From a bacterium (GTDB taxonomy: Bacteria > Cyanobacteriota > Vampirovibrionia > Gastranaerophilales > JAILCC01): a stretch of DNA of 64,000 bases. The DNA is taken from positions 166,049 through 230,048 of the forward strand of contig JAILCC010000019.1 in NCBI GenBank assembly GCA_024680555.1, written 5' to 3'. A program made the position numbers and the translations under genes. The notes under the pieces were generated by a model, which saw only the letters and a program-made list of their open reading frames with translations, was not told the origin of the DNA and did no database searches. Positions 17,555-28,106 of this stretch are shown piece after piece (the first letter of the stretch is position 1; each line of letters starts with the position of its first letter).

Positions 17555-18847
17555 TTATTTAAACGGAATAACGAAATCTAATTTGAAATGATTTTTCGCC
17601 AACTCTTTAAATGGAATAACAATATCATCTTTTGTTGAAGTTCTGTCATCAAAGTTTGGGTCGGAAAGAGATACCATATCTTTAGTTTCGTCAAATCCGT
17701 TTATTATGTACGTATGATACGGAACAAGTTTTCGTCCGCACACCTCAACCGGTTTCCAGCTTCCCGATTTGTATCTGCCGTTTTGCGCCGTTACATAAAC
17801 AAAAATGCCGTTTTTTACATCTTCTCTGCTAAAATCTGTTTGTCCTGTAACTATTCTGCCCACTTTAGGAATAATATAGTCACCAAAAAGCATCTTTAAT
17901 GCATCTGCGGCACTACCGCCTTTATTGCAGGATATAAAATCAGCATTAAGATTTTTCAAAAAACCTATTTCAAGAGCCTTCAACGTCATATCTTGAGCAG
18001 GGTTGAGCCTAAAGGGAATTGTTTTGCCGTCCTCTTTGATAAACTTGAACATCGTAGCATTTAGTTCTTCGTTTGATATATGGTATGTTTTCCGTTTTCC
18101 AACAACGTCAAAGTTAATTTTTGCATTGTCCAGTTTAACAGGATAAAGAGAAACTTCGGCAGTACCGTCTTTATTCCATTTCAGACATTGTGATTTGTGT
18201 ATTAAATCAGGATATTTGCATAACAATGAAAGAAAATAGCAATTCATTATCTGTCCCTGATGAACCTCTTCAATACCAAAATCTCTGGCTCTTGTATAAT
18301 CAAATTTATTTTTTCTGATTTTCCTAAATGTCCTTATTCTTTCCATATTTGCTTTTATTGCATTTTCATAAGCCTCGATTTCATCATTTAGCGCATCTGC
18401 TTTTTCTTGTTCATGCGCCGTCTGCAATTTGGCTTCGAGTTCGTCTTTTTTATGCATATATTTGGAAGTTGCTATTGCATAATCACTTATTGCTTCTTCA
18501 TAGTTACCGTTTTTTTCCTGCAATTCGCCCCTAAATTGATAAAATATTTCATTTTGAGGGCGCAGCTTAATCATTTTGTCATAAAACTCAATTGCACCCT
18601 TGTAATCTTTTTCTCTCTCTTTAAGCAAGGCACTTTTTGAGTATGCTACAAGAGCAGCCGTATCATTTGTCGGATTTTGGACAGGCGTATTTACATCCGC
18701 TTTAGCATAAGCTGCCAACATCAAAAGAGCCGACGTCAACATTGCAGGAACACGTATGTGGGCTGATTTTATGGGTTTTCTGTCATCAGTTTCTTTTCCC
18801 GAAAATTTCAGACCGGTATAAGCAATATTATTTATTCCAATTTTCAT
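17555..18847 (-). CDS. Exported TPR protein with C-terminal calpain-like (peptidase C2-like) cysteine protease domain
   Basis: Delayed signal/anchor helix (AMLTSALLMLAAYAKA) and TPR units (AIEFYDKMIKLRPQN, AISDYAIAT). Calpain-like motifs: QGQIMNCYFLSLL (catalytic Cys), LKALEIGFLKN...NKGGSAADALKMLFG, PYHTYIING (His) and SLSDPNF (Asn). Confidence 0.55.
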   Translation of the reverse strand: MKIGINNIAYTGLKFSGKETDDRKPIKSAHIRVPAMLTSALLMLAAYAKADVNTPVQNPTNDTAALVAYSKSALLKEREKDYKGAIEFYDKMIKLRPQNEIFYQFRGELQEKNGNYEEAISDYAIATSKYMHKKDELEAKLQTAHEQEKADALNDEIEAYENAIKANMERIRTFRKIRKNKFDYTRARDFGIEEVHQGQIMNCYFLSLLCKYPDLIHKSQCLKWNKDGTAEVSLYPVKLDNAKINFDVVGKRKTYHISNEELNATMFKFIKEDGKTIPFRLNPAQDMTLKALEIGFLKNLNADFISCNKGGSAADALKMLFGDYIIPKVGRIVTGQTDFSREDVKNGIFVYVTAQNGRYKSGSWKPVEVCGRKLVPYHTYIINGFDETKDMVSLSDPNFDDRTSTKDDIVIPFKELAKNHFKLDFVIPFK

Positions 18848-18923
18848 AAATAACTCTGATTTTTATCCGTTTCTACAAAAAATGGAAAATAAAAAATTTT
18901 GCTAATAATACCACTAAATGCTT

Positions 18924-19307
18924 TTACCAGTTAACTTTTTCAATAAGTTCAATTTCATATCCGTCCGGATCTTTGATAAAAGCAATCATAGAGCCTTTTC
19001 CCGTTAAATCAAAAGGCTCATACAAATAAGAATACCCGAGCGAATTCATTTTTTTTGTAAATTCCGCCATAGACTCAATTCCGAAAGCAAAATGCCCAAA
19101 TCCCGAACCGATTTCATAACCATTTTGCGGAGTTTCATCATTGAAAGTTAATTCTATCTGCTGTCCTGATTCTTTATCCGTTAAAAAATACAACCAACAA
19201 TCTTCCAAGCGCCTTTTTTCCGAAATTTCCATTCCCAAAAGTTTTGTATAAAATTCCAAACTTTTATCAATATCCTTTACTCTAATCATTGTATGCAATA
19301 ATCTCAT
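18924..19307 (-). CDS. gloA: Lactoylglutathione lyase (glyoxalase I, VOC family)
   Basis: MRLLHTMIRVKDIDKSLEFYTKLLGM...IAFIKDPDGYEIELIEK is collinear with the sequence of enterobacterial GloA as I recall it. Confidence 0.85.
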   Translation of the reverse strand: MRLLHTMIRVKDIDKSLEFYTKLLGMEISEKRRLEDCWLYFLTDKESGQQIELTFNDETPQNGYEIGSGFGHFAFGIESMAEFTKKMNSLGYSYLYEPFDLTGKGSMIAFIKDPDGYEIELIEKVNW

Positions 19308-19438
19308 AATAAACTCCTTTGTTACACTTAACTTTTTAGACTTATTTTACCACATTTATTCAACTCTTAGGCAATTTATTTAAGCTATAACTTTTTATAT
19401 ATGTATGGGGAATTATTAATAATTTGTGCGGAGGCTTA

Positions 19439-20434
19439 ATGCTTAATTTTCCTGTACACTACAAGCTTGTGTTCGTTGGGGATAAAACTGGTTTTATTGC
19501 TTCAGACCACGAAAAACAAACACTTTATATATCAAAAGATTTGAAATTGAGCATAACAAATGATGAAAAATTATGCGCAACTTTTCCTAATTACAGAGCA
19601 AAAACAAACGGCGGATTTGGCTGCTCATCATCTTATCATCCCGAAACAGATTGCTCCGTAATTATCTCAGATCCCTCCGTTTTTAATTATTGTATTCAAA
19701 AAGACGGCGCATATCAGCTCTCCGGTTCAAATATCGCCTTTAAAGGTACTACTCAAAATGACAAATTGGTATTAAACGAGTGCGTAAATTCTGAAATTGA
19801 CTTGGGATACGGCGATGATACGGTTAAAATAGAAAATTCTTCTCGCCCGATTTATTTTCACAAGAACAAAATAAGAACAGGAAGCGGAGATGACACTATA
19901 ATTGTGGACGGCAATTTCAAAAGGTTCACCAACAACGAATTTTACCTTGGCGAAGGCAGCGACAGTTTCAGCGCAAATATCAACCCCAATGAAGATGTAA
20001 GCACGCACGCCGAATTTACAAGTAAACTGCATAAATACGGAAGTTGTGTTTCAAAAAATGAAATTTATGCAATAGAGGGTTATACCGGTGACGGAGATAC
20101 AAAGGGTTGGTTTGAAAATAATGTTTTCGAAGCTAAAACCTATAGCGCAAATGAAATCACCTTGTTAGACGGTTTTCAAAAAGCTACCTACAAAGCTGAA
20201 CCCAAACAGGTATTCAAATCTTTAACAAAAGGAACAACCGCGTCTCAAGCGAAAAAAGAAACCGCTAAAGAAAACAAAAAACCTACCGACAGGGAAGTAT
20301 ATGAACGCCAACAAGGCATTTATCAAGGTAATTCTTTCAAAGCTATGACTGAACCTAGCCTCAAAAAACGTGGCGAAGCACAATTAAAAGCCATTGAAGC
20401 CGTTGATGATATGGTTCATTCCTGGGCGAAATAG
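19439..20434 (+). CDS. Hypothetical protein with degenerate Ca-binding-like G-x-G-D-D motifs and a K/E-rich tail
   Basis: Start at ATG 19439 after GGAGG. Motifs GYGDDTVKI, GSGDDTIIVDG and GEGSDSF. No signal peptide. Confidence 0.6.
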   Translation: MLNFPVHYKLVFVGDKTGFIASDHEKQTLYISKDLKLSITNDEKLCATFPNYRAKTNGGFGCSSSYHPETDCSVIISDPSVFNYCIQKDGAYQLSGSNIAFKGTTQNDKLVLNECVNSEIDLGYGDDTVKIENSSRPIYFHKNKIRTGSGDDTIIVDGNFKRFTNNEFYLGEGSDSFSANINPNEDVSTHAEFTSKLHKYGSCVSKNEIYAIEGYTGDGDTKGWFENNVFEAKTYSANEITLLDGFQKATYKAEPKQVFKSLTKGTTASQAKKETAKENKKPTDREVYERQQGIYQGNSFKAMTEPSLKKRGEAQLKAIEAVDDMVHSWAK

Positions 20435-20600
20435 TTAAATCTTGCCATACCGCAATTTGTAACAAAATTTATGTAACATTTTCTGATATAGCCTTGTATA
20501 TCATTGCATTTTGTTTTAAAATTGCAGAAAGTTTGTTATGAATAAATGATAAATTTTTTCTGACAATAACGGTTAATAAAAAACCCCAAGGAGATGTATT

Positions 20601-23600
20601 ATGGCTGTAGAAGTATCATCAATTAACAACGTATTCACCGGAACGAATGAGGATGAATTTGCAAATTCAACTTCGGCAAACGAAACCTTTACTATGGGCG
20701 GAGGCGAAAATATAATCAATTTTGATCTTACTAACAATAATATATTAGGAACGGACGAAATTCACTTAACTCCGGGAGAAGACTTGATACTTAATTTTAC
20801 GAGTAATATTTCTTACAGCTATTTTAATGAATCACTTATAAAATGGGAAAGAGTGGTCAATGATAATAACGGCGTTGATTTGGTTGTAACAACTTTCGCT
20901 TGCCATACATTAGGCTATACTAAAGTTGAAACTGTAACATCTGATGAAATTGATGAAGACCATAGTAGCAATTACTACACATATTATAAAGCTGTTACTA
21001 CTTATTACTTATACGATTATGAAAAAAATGATTGGGTAGTACAACATGTATATGATAATACCTATGCACAATATGATTATACAGCCTATGGCCTGCAATA
21101 TGTCAGCACAACAGGTGAATTGCGTGGTTGGTATCGAAGTGACAGCTACACCGACAAGCATGTGGAAAGTCAATCTCTTGTAGGTACTGCTACCAGTAAT
21201 ATTGATTATTACTATGATGAAAATTATAATGGACATCAAATACCAATTAACACAATAACAGTAAAAGATATTGGTGCAGAAAATGCAGCAAATAGTGTTA
21301 CACTTCAATATACAGACCCGAATGGAAACAAATATCCATGCAGACAATGGGTTACAGACCATTACGAACCGATAAACTTTATAACAAAAACTTACGACAT
21401 TGGTTCAAAATATGAAACCACATCCGAAAATCAAGTTCTCCAAGGTTCATTTCTGAATGAAACATTCTATGCCGGATACGGCGATGATACCATCAGTACC
21501 GTCGGCGGTAATGACACTGTAAAATTGGTTAACGGCGGAACAGATATTATCACCATTGGCACCGGTGAAGATTTTATTGATGCAAACTTTGGCGGCGGAG
21601 ATTATTATGCCGATTTGATTACAAATACAGTTGCGGAAGGCGGAATTTTTGTCAGCGGCGGAAACGAAGCAGATACCCTAAAAATATCCGACCTCGGGGA
21701 AAATTCTTTTTATAGGGATGGCGATGACCTCGTTATAATACAAAACTGGCAATACAACGGAGGTTCTTCAAGAAATTCCAAATTCACCGTTGAAGATTAT
21801 TTTACAACCGAATCGAAAATAAATATAAAAAGCGGCGATATAACTGAATATTATGGGACTGTATATGATTACGAACACCGTTATGCATTAACCGATGACA
21901 ATAAAATCTCCGAAACATACAAATATAACGGAGAATACAAAACTGACTATCACGAATTAGAAAATCTCGTCCAAGGCTCGGGAACTCTTAACGGAACAGA
22001 TAATGCAGAAACAATCGTTGCAACATCTGAATCTTCAATTAAAACCAAAGCGGGAAATGATAAAATTTATACATCTTCTGCAAATGATACCATTACAATA
22101 GACGGCAGCGGAGACAAAACTATTTATGTTGATGAAAATACAGGAGACGACACAATTGTTATTACTGACCACTCAGGAAAAGTTTATCTGGATTTTCTCA
22201 ATACTTCAGGATACAAATTCTACAAAGATAAAGATGCCGCTAATAAAGACCTTATAATCGAAAGATACCGAGAAGAATATAAATCTGTTAACGGACAAAA
22301 TATGTATGTCACTGTATCTACAGGAAAAACCGTAATTAAAGATTATTTTAATTATACGGCGGAAGAAAAGGCAAATGTCTTTGTAAGAAATTTAACAGGC
22401 GAATATAGCGCTTACTTTATAAATATACCTATCAATTATGTGCACAGTTATGTTTCAATAAACAACCTTTACATTAACGGAACCGATGAAAAAGACACTA
22501 TCGGAACAACAAGTTACCAAGATGTTATTACTCCGGGTAAAGGAAAAGACGTTATAAATATTGACAATTCCGGAAAGAAAACCATCAGAAAATCAAAAGG
22601 CGACGGAAATGACATTGTTAACCTTAGCGGTAGCGCTCTTTCAGGTGGCAATGACGAATTGAGAATATCGTGGACTGATAATGTTACAGGCAGCTCTTAT
22701 CAAATTAAAAATGATAACGGAGATGATTTATTAATTCTTTACGGGACACGTGTTGACGGTGATGAAATCACAACAGACAGCGTAACAATAAAAGGTATTA
22801 CCGGCGGAGAAGTTACCGCAGGAAATATCGCAGATTATTACGGCACATTAAATGTTTCTAACAAAATACGTTTTTATGAAAACCACAGCGAATGGAGCAG
22901 CTATTATAACAGATATTTTGAAAGAGAAAATTGCACATCATATTTTTCAACAGATACTCCGTATTTCACTCAGGGCTCTGCAACAAAAGACAATAATATT
23001 GAAGCAACCTATACAAGCAACCTTGTAACCGGCGGCAACAAAGCAGACACCATAACCGTAAACGGTAAAATCAACCATGTATACACAGGTGCAGGCAATG
23101 ACGTAATTAACGATACTTCCACGACAAGCTCACTGATTTACGCAGGTTCGGGAAACGATATTATTACATCAAATTCCGCATCAGCAGAAATACACTCTCA
23201 AGGCGGCAACGACCAAATCAATATTATAGGCGGTCGTGCAACCATATACCTTGAATCCGGTGCTGATGTTGTTAATATAACAGGCGGTATGGGCGGAGAA
23301 ATTCGCTTTACGGCAGGCGGCGGTGATAAGACTATCAACTTTGTCGGTGCAAGCGATGCTATGTACAATTATGCTTTAGAATATGAACCAAATTACTCAA
23401 TATCAAAATATACAAAACAAGGTGATAACCTAATCCTCAGCGCTAAATACAGAACATCTCACAAAAATGAAAATAATGTTACGGAATACGAAGACCATAC
23501 GGAAACATACACAATAAATAATTTCTTCAATCCAAATCACGCAAAAGTTGATGCCGATTCAACAAGATTTTATTATTCTTCCTCTTACTCTGTACCTTCT

Positions 23601-26600
23601 TGGATTAATCTGGATATTGACGGAGAATATAGTCCTGAACAAAATGCAACAATATTTGAAGGCACTTTCTTTGAAGATATTATTGATGGTACCGACGGTG
23701 TCGATATAATCACAACAGGCAAAAGTGAAGATAGGATAACCGCAGGTAAAGGCGATGACTTTATAACAATTGATGGCGGCGGATATAAATATATATATTA
23801 TTCAAAAGGCGACGGAAACGATACAATTACTATTGCGGACGGCATTAACCTCAATAGCGGTACTAATAGCGGCTATATAGAAATCTACAGTAAATTCAAC
23901 GACGAGCTTAATAGATACGATTATCCCGACATATATTCGTATAAAATGGACGATAACGACTTAGTTCTGTACAGAACATTCAATAATGACGGTAATGCCG
24001 TAACCGACAGTATAAAAATAACAGGTATTAAAAGCAGCACCGAAGAGGCTGTAGAAGTTACTCCGGAAAACATTGCAAGCTCTGAAGGCGGCTTAAACAT
24101 TTCTCACAAAATTTATATTTCTGGTTACGGCTCATTTAGTGCGACTATGACTCAAATGCAAGGCGATACAAGTATTGCAAATGACATAACCACAAGCGCA
24201 GAAGCAGACCACTTAATTATATGCGGAGCACAAGAAGACAAACTAACATTGTTGGGAAATACCGAGAATGTTTATACTGACGCAGGTAACGATACTGTAG
24301 CAACAAGTGCAACAACCGCAAACATCTATACGGCTGAAGGTAACGACAAAATCACAATTAACGATGGCACAGCCTATGCTTACGCAGGAACAGGCAATGA
24401 CACAATCACCATTAACGGCGGCACGGCTTATATCTACTCAGGCGCAGGCAGCGATACAATCAAAATAAACGGAGGTCAAGGTACAATCAATGTTGTTGCA
24501 GGCATGGGAAATGACACCGTTATTTTTGAAAAACCGGATGTTGACGGTGCTTATAACTTCCAATTGGCAGGATATAGCAATTATTCTTCCAAAAAATCAG
24601 GAAATGACCTTGTAATATCTGGCGTTTATACTGATTCTAACGGCAAAACCGTAACCGAAACAACAACGATTAAAGAATTATTCGGTAAAAATCAAATATC
24701 TGACGGCAATAATATTCAAATTAACGGATATTATCTGCCCTCTGTTACCATTACAGGAATTTATAATGCAAAGACAAAAGTAACAACTTTTGAAGGTTCT
24801 AATTACGGCGATACAATAAGAGGTACAAAATCGACAGATGTAATTATAACAGGCGCAGGCAATGACGAAATCATACCCAATAAAGGTGCAGATACAATTA
24901 AAATTACCGGTGCAGGAAATAAATATATTTATAACTACAAGGGTGACGGAAATGAAACCGTAGAATTGGCTGCTAATACCCAAATAGGCAACATCTATTT
25001 CTATAATGAAAGCTCACCTGAGGTCACATCCCATAAAATAGATAAATCAGGCAATCTAACATTGTACAGAACATACATCAAGGGGGATAAATTCACAACC
25101 GAAAGTACAACAATTAAAGGAATCTCGAGTCTTGCGGAAGAGCAAGTCCCTGTTACCTATGCAACTATAACTGATTTATCCGGCGGCTTAAATATTTCCG
25201 GCAAGATTAAGAGCGGTCTCGGATATTTAGAGATGTCTCAAGGAAAGGCAAAGAAAGCAAATAAAATTTCTACAGAAGCCAATACAAACAACCTCATTCT
25301 TGGCGGCAGCAAAGTCGATACAATAACATTAAACGGCGCTACGGATTATACCTATACTGGAGCGGGGGCAGACAAAATTACCGTAGCTACAACAGAATAC
25401 GCCAAAGTATATACCGGCTCGGGTAATGACACTATAACTCTCAATACAGATGCTCGTGCCGAAGTAATGGCAGGAAAAGGCAATGACACAATATCCACAA
25501 ACGGTTCGGGTTCATATTATTTGTACGCAGCCAAAGGCGACGGAAACGATACAGTAAAAGTCGGAAAGAATTTCAACGGAGTCATTTACGCTTATATCGA
25601 CGATGATCCGAACCAAATGTCTTACCAAATAGATAAATCAGGCAACCTTACATTGTACAGAACATACGTAAACGGTGATAAAATCACAACAGAAGGCACA
25701 AAAATAACAGGCATAAAGAGCAAAACCGCAGACAATGTTGCTGTTACTTATGATAATATTTATAACGCTTCAGGCGGTTTAAATATTTCCGGCAAGACAA
25801 ACATTTATTCTTATGAAAAAAATCTGATTCAGGGTAATGCTACAAAAGTAAATAAAAAGCTCAACAGTAAAGCCGGCATCTCCAACCTCGTAACAGGCGG
25901 AAGCAAGGCTGATACCGTAACCCTGAACGGCTCTTACGATTATGCATATACAGGAGCAGGTGCGGATAAAATAACCGTAAATACCACCGGTTCTTCGTAT
26001 GTTTACGCAGGTTCAGGCAACGATACCATCAATATAAACAGTACAACAACCAATTGTTATGTATATTCCGGTAAAGGAAACGATAAAATAAACATATCCG
26101 GCGGCAGGGACTATGTATATATAACAGCAGGTGAAGGCAACAACACTATTACATTTAACGGAAATAATTTTGAGAGTTGCTATGTAAGATTTTCAGAATA
26201 TAATTCCAGCAATAATTATTGGAAATCAGGCAATGACTTGTTAGTAAAAGCAACTTACAGAAATGCCAAAGGTCAAATCAAAACCGAAACACATACCATA
26301 AAAGGTTATTTCAAAAATGAAGACGTATTGGGCAACAAAGTCAGCCTGAATTATTCTTCCGCTTCAAATGTGATAAATGATTATGGTCTTAACCTTATTG
26401 GCAAATACGACGGAAAACAAAAAGCAACCGTATTTACAGGTACACAACATAAAGACAAAATTACAGGTACCGCCAAAGTTGATGTCATTACAACAGGTGC
26501 AGGCGATGACAAGATAACTCCGGGCAAAGGTAATGATACAATCACAATTGACAACTCGGGCGACAAGACGATTGTCATCAACAATGGAGACGGTAATGAC

Positions 26601-28091
26601 ACCTTGAAATGGACAGTCAGTGAACCTGAAATCGGAACGGCAAACCTCGTCTTTAATAAAAACGACATCATATCTTCCAAGAAATCAGGCACCGACCTTG
26701 TTATAACAAGAACTTTTGAATCAGGTTCGACCTTAAAATCAGAAAATACAACCATTAAAGGATATTATGATGCAAACGGTGATGTGGTTGAAGATGTTGC
26801 AAATAAATTGCTCGTAAATGACAGAATATTCAATCCCGAAGAAACATCAAACAGAGTTAACTACAAAACAACCGCAATAAACGTTACGGCTGACGGAGAA
26901 TTTGCAGTAGGAACAGCAAAAGCCGACACTATAACGATAACCGCAAATAATGCTTCGGTAAATGCACTTGCCGGAAATGACACAATCAACGTAAATAACG
27001 GAAATGCATTTATTGCAGGTGGTTACGGAAAAGACAAAATAAACCTCAATACAACAGGAACAGTTACCGTTTATCACGCAACAGGCGACGGCAACGACAT
27101 TATCAATTTTGGCGAAAACACTCCGTCCAGTTTGACTATAAGTACAGAAACTCCTGTATTAGACACTTCGGATGAAGGAAGACTTATGTATTATATATTC
27201 TCAGGAACATTCGGCTTCCAAAAATCCGGTAATGACCTGATATATTCCGTTCCTGTTACATCAAAAATGAATCCCAAGACAGAAACCATCACCATTACCA
27301 ATTATTTCAATGATGAAGTTGCAAAGCCCGAGGACATAGGATTATACTTCCAAGGTACGACCTTTGCAGGATTTGTTGATATAGATGATGCTATACAAGG
27401 CGAATTCGGCTTATGGACACAGGGTGTTAAAAATGGCACAGTAACAACATATACAGGTTTGGACGACTACCATAATAATTATTCGTATAACGGCACCGGC
27501 AAGACTGTCATAAATGGCGCAAATGATGAAGATTATTATTTTGTTAATTTGAATAGCAAATCCAATTTAACAATCAATGACAAACACGGACATGATGCAT
27601 TGATTATAAATTCAAATTACAAAAATCTGAGAGCTTTCTTCAACGTCAATGCCTCAGAAGATATTATTGTTTCCGATAATACATTATCTGACAACTTTAT
27701 GATATTTAATAAAGGCTCTTTAACAAGCGCAAATATCACGAATATCTTCAAAGGCAAAAACGGTCAAGGCGTTATTAACATTGATAACTTCTTTGAAGAT
27801 GGTGAAGGCGGCGACGGCATTATTGAAAGTATTGTCACCGGAAATAATATTATGACACAGCTATACAATTATGAATCTGGCGGCTATGGAAAGATCCAAA
27901 ATGTCGACTTGGATTCTTGGGTTGGACAAATCTGCGAAAAAGTATCAAGCTGGTTATCAACATACAGTAACGGTAAATACGCCGACAAAACCGCATTTGA
28001 TGTTATTTCAAGAGGCAACAAAACCGATATTAATGCAATGTTAAAAGTATATAACAGCGTAACTTATGACGCAGAGGTATACTACAGCTAA
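20601..28091 (+). CDS. Giant (2496 aa) modular repeat protein with GxGNDxI-type calcium-binding-like repeats; putative secreted adhesin or surface protein
   Basis: Uninterrupted 7.5-kb ORF with an AAGGAG RBS. Repeated supermodules combine runs of (T/A)G(A/S)GND(T/K)I with spacer domains: 'KSGNDLVI...TETxTIKxYF' (resembles the hemolysin-type calcium-binding-protein related domain) and 'KSGNLTLYRTY...GGLNISGK'. Confidence 0.85.
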   Translation: MAVEVSSINNVFTGTNEDEFANSTSANETFTMGGGENIINFDLTNNNILGTDEIHLTPGEDLILNFTSNISYSYFNESLIKWERVVNDNNGVDLVVTTFACHTLGYTKVETVTSDEIDEDHSSNYYTYYKAVTTYYLYDYEKNDWVVQHVYDNTYAQYDYTAYGLQYVSTTGELRGWYRSDSYTDKHVESQSLVGTATSNIDYYYDENYNGHQIPINTITVKDIGAENAANSVTLQYTDPNGNKYPCRQWVTDHYEPINFITKTYDIGSKYETTSENQVLQGSFLNETFYAGYGDDTISTVGGNDTVKLVNGGTDIITIGTGEDFIDANFGGGDYYADLITNTVAEGGIFVSGGNEADTLKISDLGENSFYRDGDDLVIIQNWQYNGGSSRNSKFTVEDYFTTESKINIKSGDITEYYGTVYDYEHRYALTDDNKISETYKYNGEYKTDYHELENLVQGSGTLNGTDNAETIVATSESSIKTKAGNDKIYTSSANDTITIDGSGDKTIYVDENTGDDTIVITDHSGKVYLDFLNTSGYKFYKDKDAANKDLIIERYREEYKSVNGQNMYVTVSTGKTVIKDYFNYTAEEKANVFVRNLTGEYSAYFINIPINYVHSYVSINNLYINGTDEKDTIGTTSYQDVITPGKGKDVINIDNSGKKTIRKSKGDGNDIVNLSGSALSGGNDELRISWTDNVTGSSYQIKNDNGDDLLILYGTRVDGDEITTDSVTIKGITGGEVTAGNIADYYGTLNVSNKIRFYENHSEWSSYYNRYFERENCTSYFSTDTPYFTQGSATKDNNIEATYTSNLVTGGNKADTITVNGKINHVYTGAGNDVINDTSTTSSLIYAGSGNDIITSNSASAEIHSQGGNDQINIIGGRATIYLESGADVVNITGGMGGEIRFTAGGGDKTINFVGASDAMYNYALEYEPNYSISKYTKQGDNLILSAKYRTSHKNENNVTEYEDHTETYTINNFFNPNHAKVDADSTRFYYSSSYSVPSWINLDIDGEYSPEQNATIFEGTFFEDIIDGTDGVDIITTGKSEDRITAGKGDDFITIDGGGYKYIYYSKGDGNDTITIADGINLNSGTNSGYIEIYSKFNDELNRYDYPDIYSYKMDDNDLVLYRTFNNDGNAVTDSIKITGIKSSTEEAVEVTPENIASSEGGLNISHKIYISGYGSFSATMTQMQGDTSIANDITTSAEADHLIICGAQEDKLTLLGNTENVYTDAGNDTVATSATTANIYTAEGNDKITINDGTAYAYAGTGNDTITINGGTAYIYSGAGSDTIKINGGQGTINVVAGMGNDTVIFEKPDVDGAYNFQLAGYSNYSSKKSGNDLVISGVYTDSNGKTVTETTTIKELFGKNQISDGNNIQINGYYLPSVTITGIYNAKTKVTTFEGSNYGDTIRGTKSTDVIITGAGNDEIIPNKGADTIKITGAGNKYIYNYKGDGNETVELAANTQIGNIYFYNESSPEVTSHKIDKSGNLTLYRTYIKGDKFTTESTTIKGISSLAEEQVPVTYATITDLSGGLNISGKIKSGLGYLEMSQGKAKKANKISTEANTNNLILGGSKVDTITLNGATDYTYTGAGADKITVATTEYAKVYTGSGNDTITLNTDARAEVMAGKGNDTISTNGSGSYYLYAAKGDGNDTVKVGKNFNGVIYAYIDDDPNQMSYQIDKSGNLTLYRTYVNGDKITTEGTKITGIKSKTADNVAVTYDNIYNASGGLNISGKTNIYSYEKNLIQGNATKVNKKLNSKAGISNLVTGGSKADTVTLNGSYDYAYTGAGADKITVNTTGSSYVYAGSGNDTININSTTTNCYVYSGKGNDKINISGGRDYVYITAGEGNNTITFNGNNFESCYVRFSEYNSSNNYWKSGNDLLVKATYRNAKGQIKTETHTIKGYFKNEDVLGNKVSLNYSSASNVINDYGLNLIGKYDGKQKATVFTGTQHKDKITGTAKVDVITTGAGDDKITPGKGNDTITIDNSGDKTIVINNGDGNDTLKWTVSEPEIGTANLVFNKNDIISSKKSGTDLVITRTFESGSTLKSENTTIKGYYDANGDVVEDVANKLLVNDRIFNPEETSNRVNYKTTAINVTADGEFAVGTAKADTITITANNASVNALAGNDTINVNNGNAFIAGGYGKDKINLNTTGTVTVYHATGDGNDIINFGENTPSSLTISTETPVLDTSDEGRLMYYIFSGTFGFQKSGNDLIYSVPVTSKMNPKTETITITNYFNDEVAKPEDIGLYFQGTTFAGFVDIDDAIQGEFGLWTQGVKNGTVTTYTGLDDYHNNYSYNGTGKTVINGANDEDYYFVNLNSKSNLTINDKHGHDALIINSNYKNLRAFFNVNASEDIIVSDNTLSDNFMIFNKGSLTSANITNIFKGKNGQGVINIDNFFEDGEGGDGIIESIVTGNNIMTQLYNYESGGYGKIQNVDLDSWVGQICEKVSSWLSTYSNGKYADKTAFDVISRGNKTDINAMLKVYNSVTYDAEVYYS
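25038..26070 (+). repeat. Tandem intragenic duplication, period 591 nt (197 aa)
   Basis: atagataaatcaggcaa at 25038 recurs at 25629, and ggcgg(c/t)ttaaatatttccggcaaga at 25182 recurs at 25773, both offset by exactly 591 nt. About three quarters of aligned bases are identical by eye over the first 440 nt or so. Confidence 0.75.
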
Positions 28092-28106
28092 TCGGTAAAA
28101 ACGACA

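Noticed and set aside
21009-27077. Several antisense ORFs (21009-21362, 24678-24983, 26381-26755, 26847-27077) inside the giant gene.
   Set aside because: They have no RBS, lie embedded antisense in a 7.5-kb uninterrupted ORF, and their composition reflects the repeat sequence.
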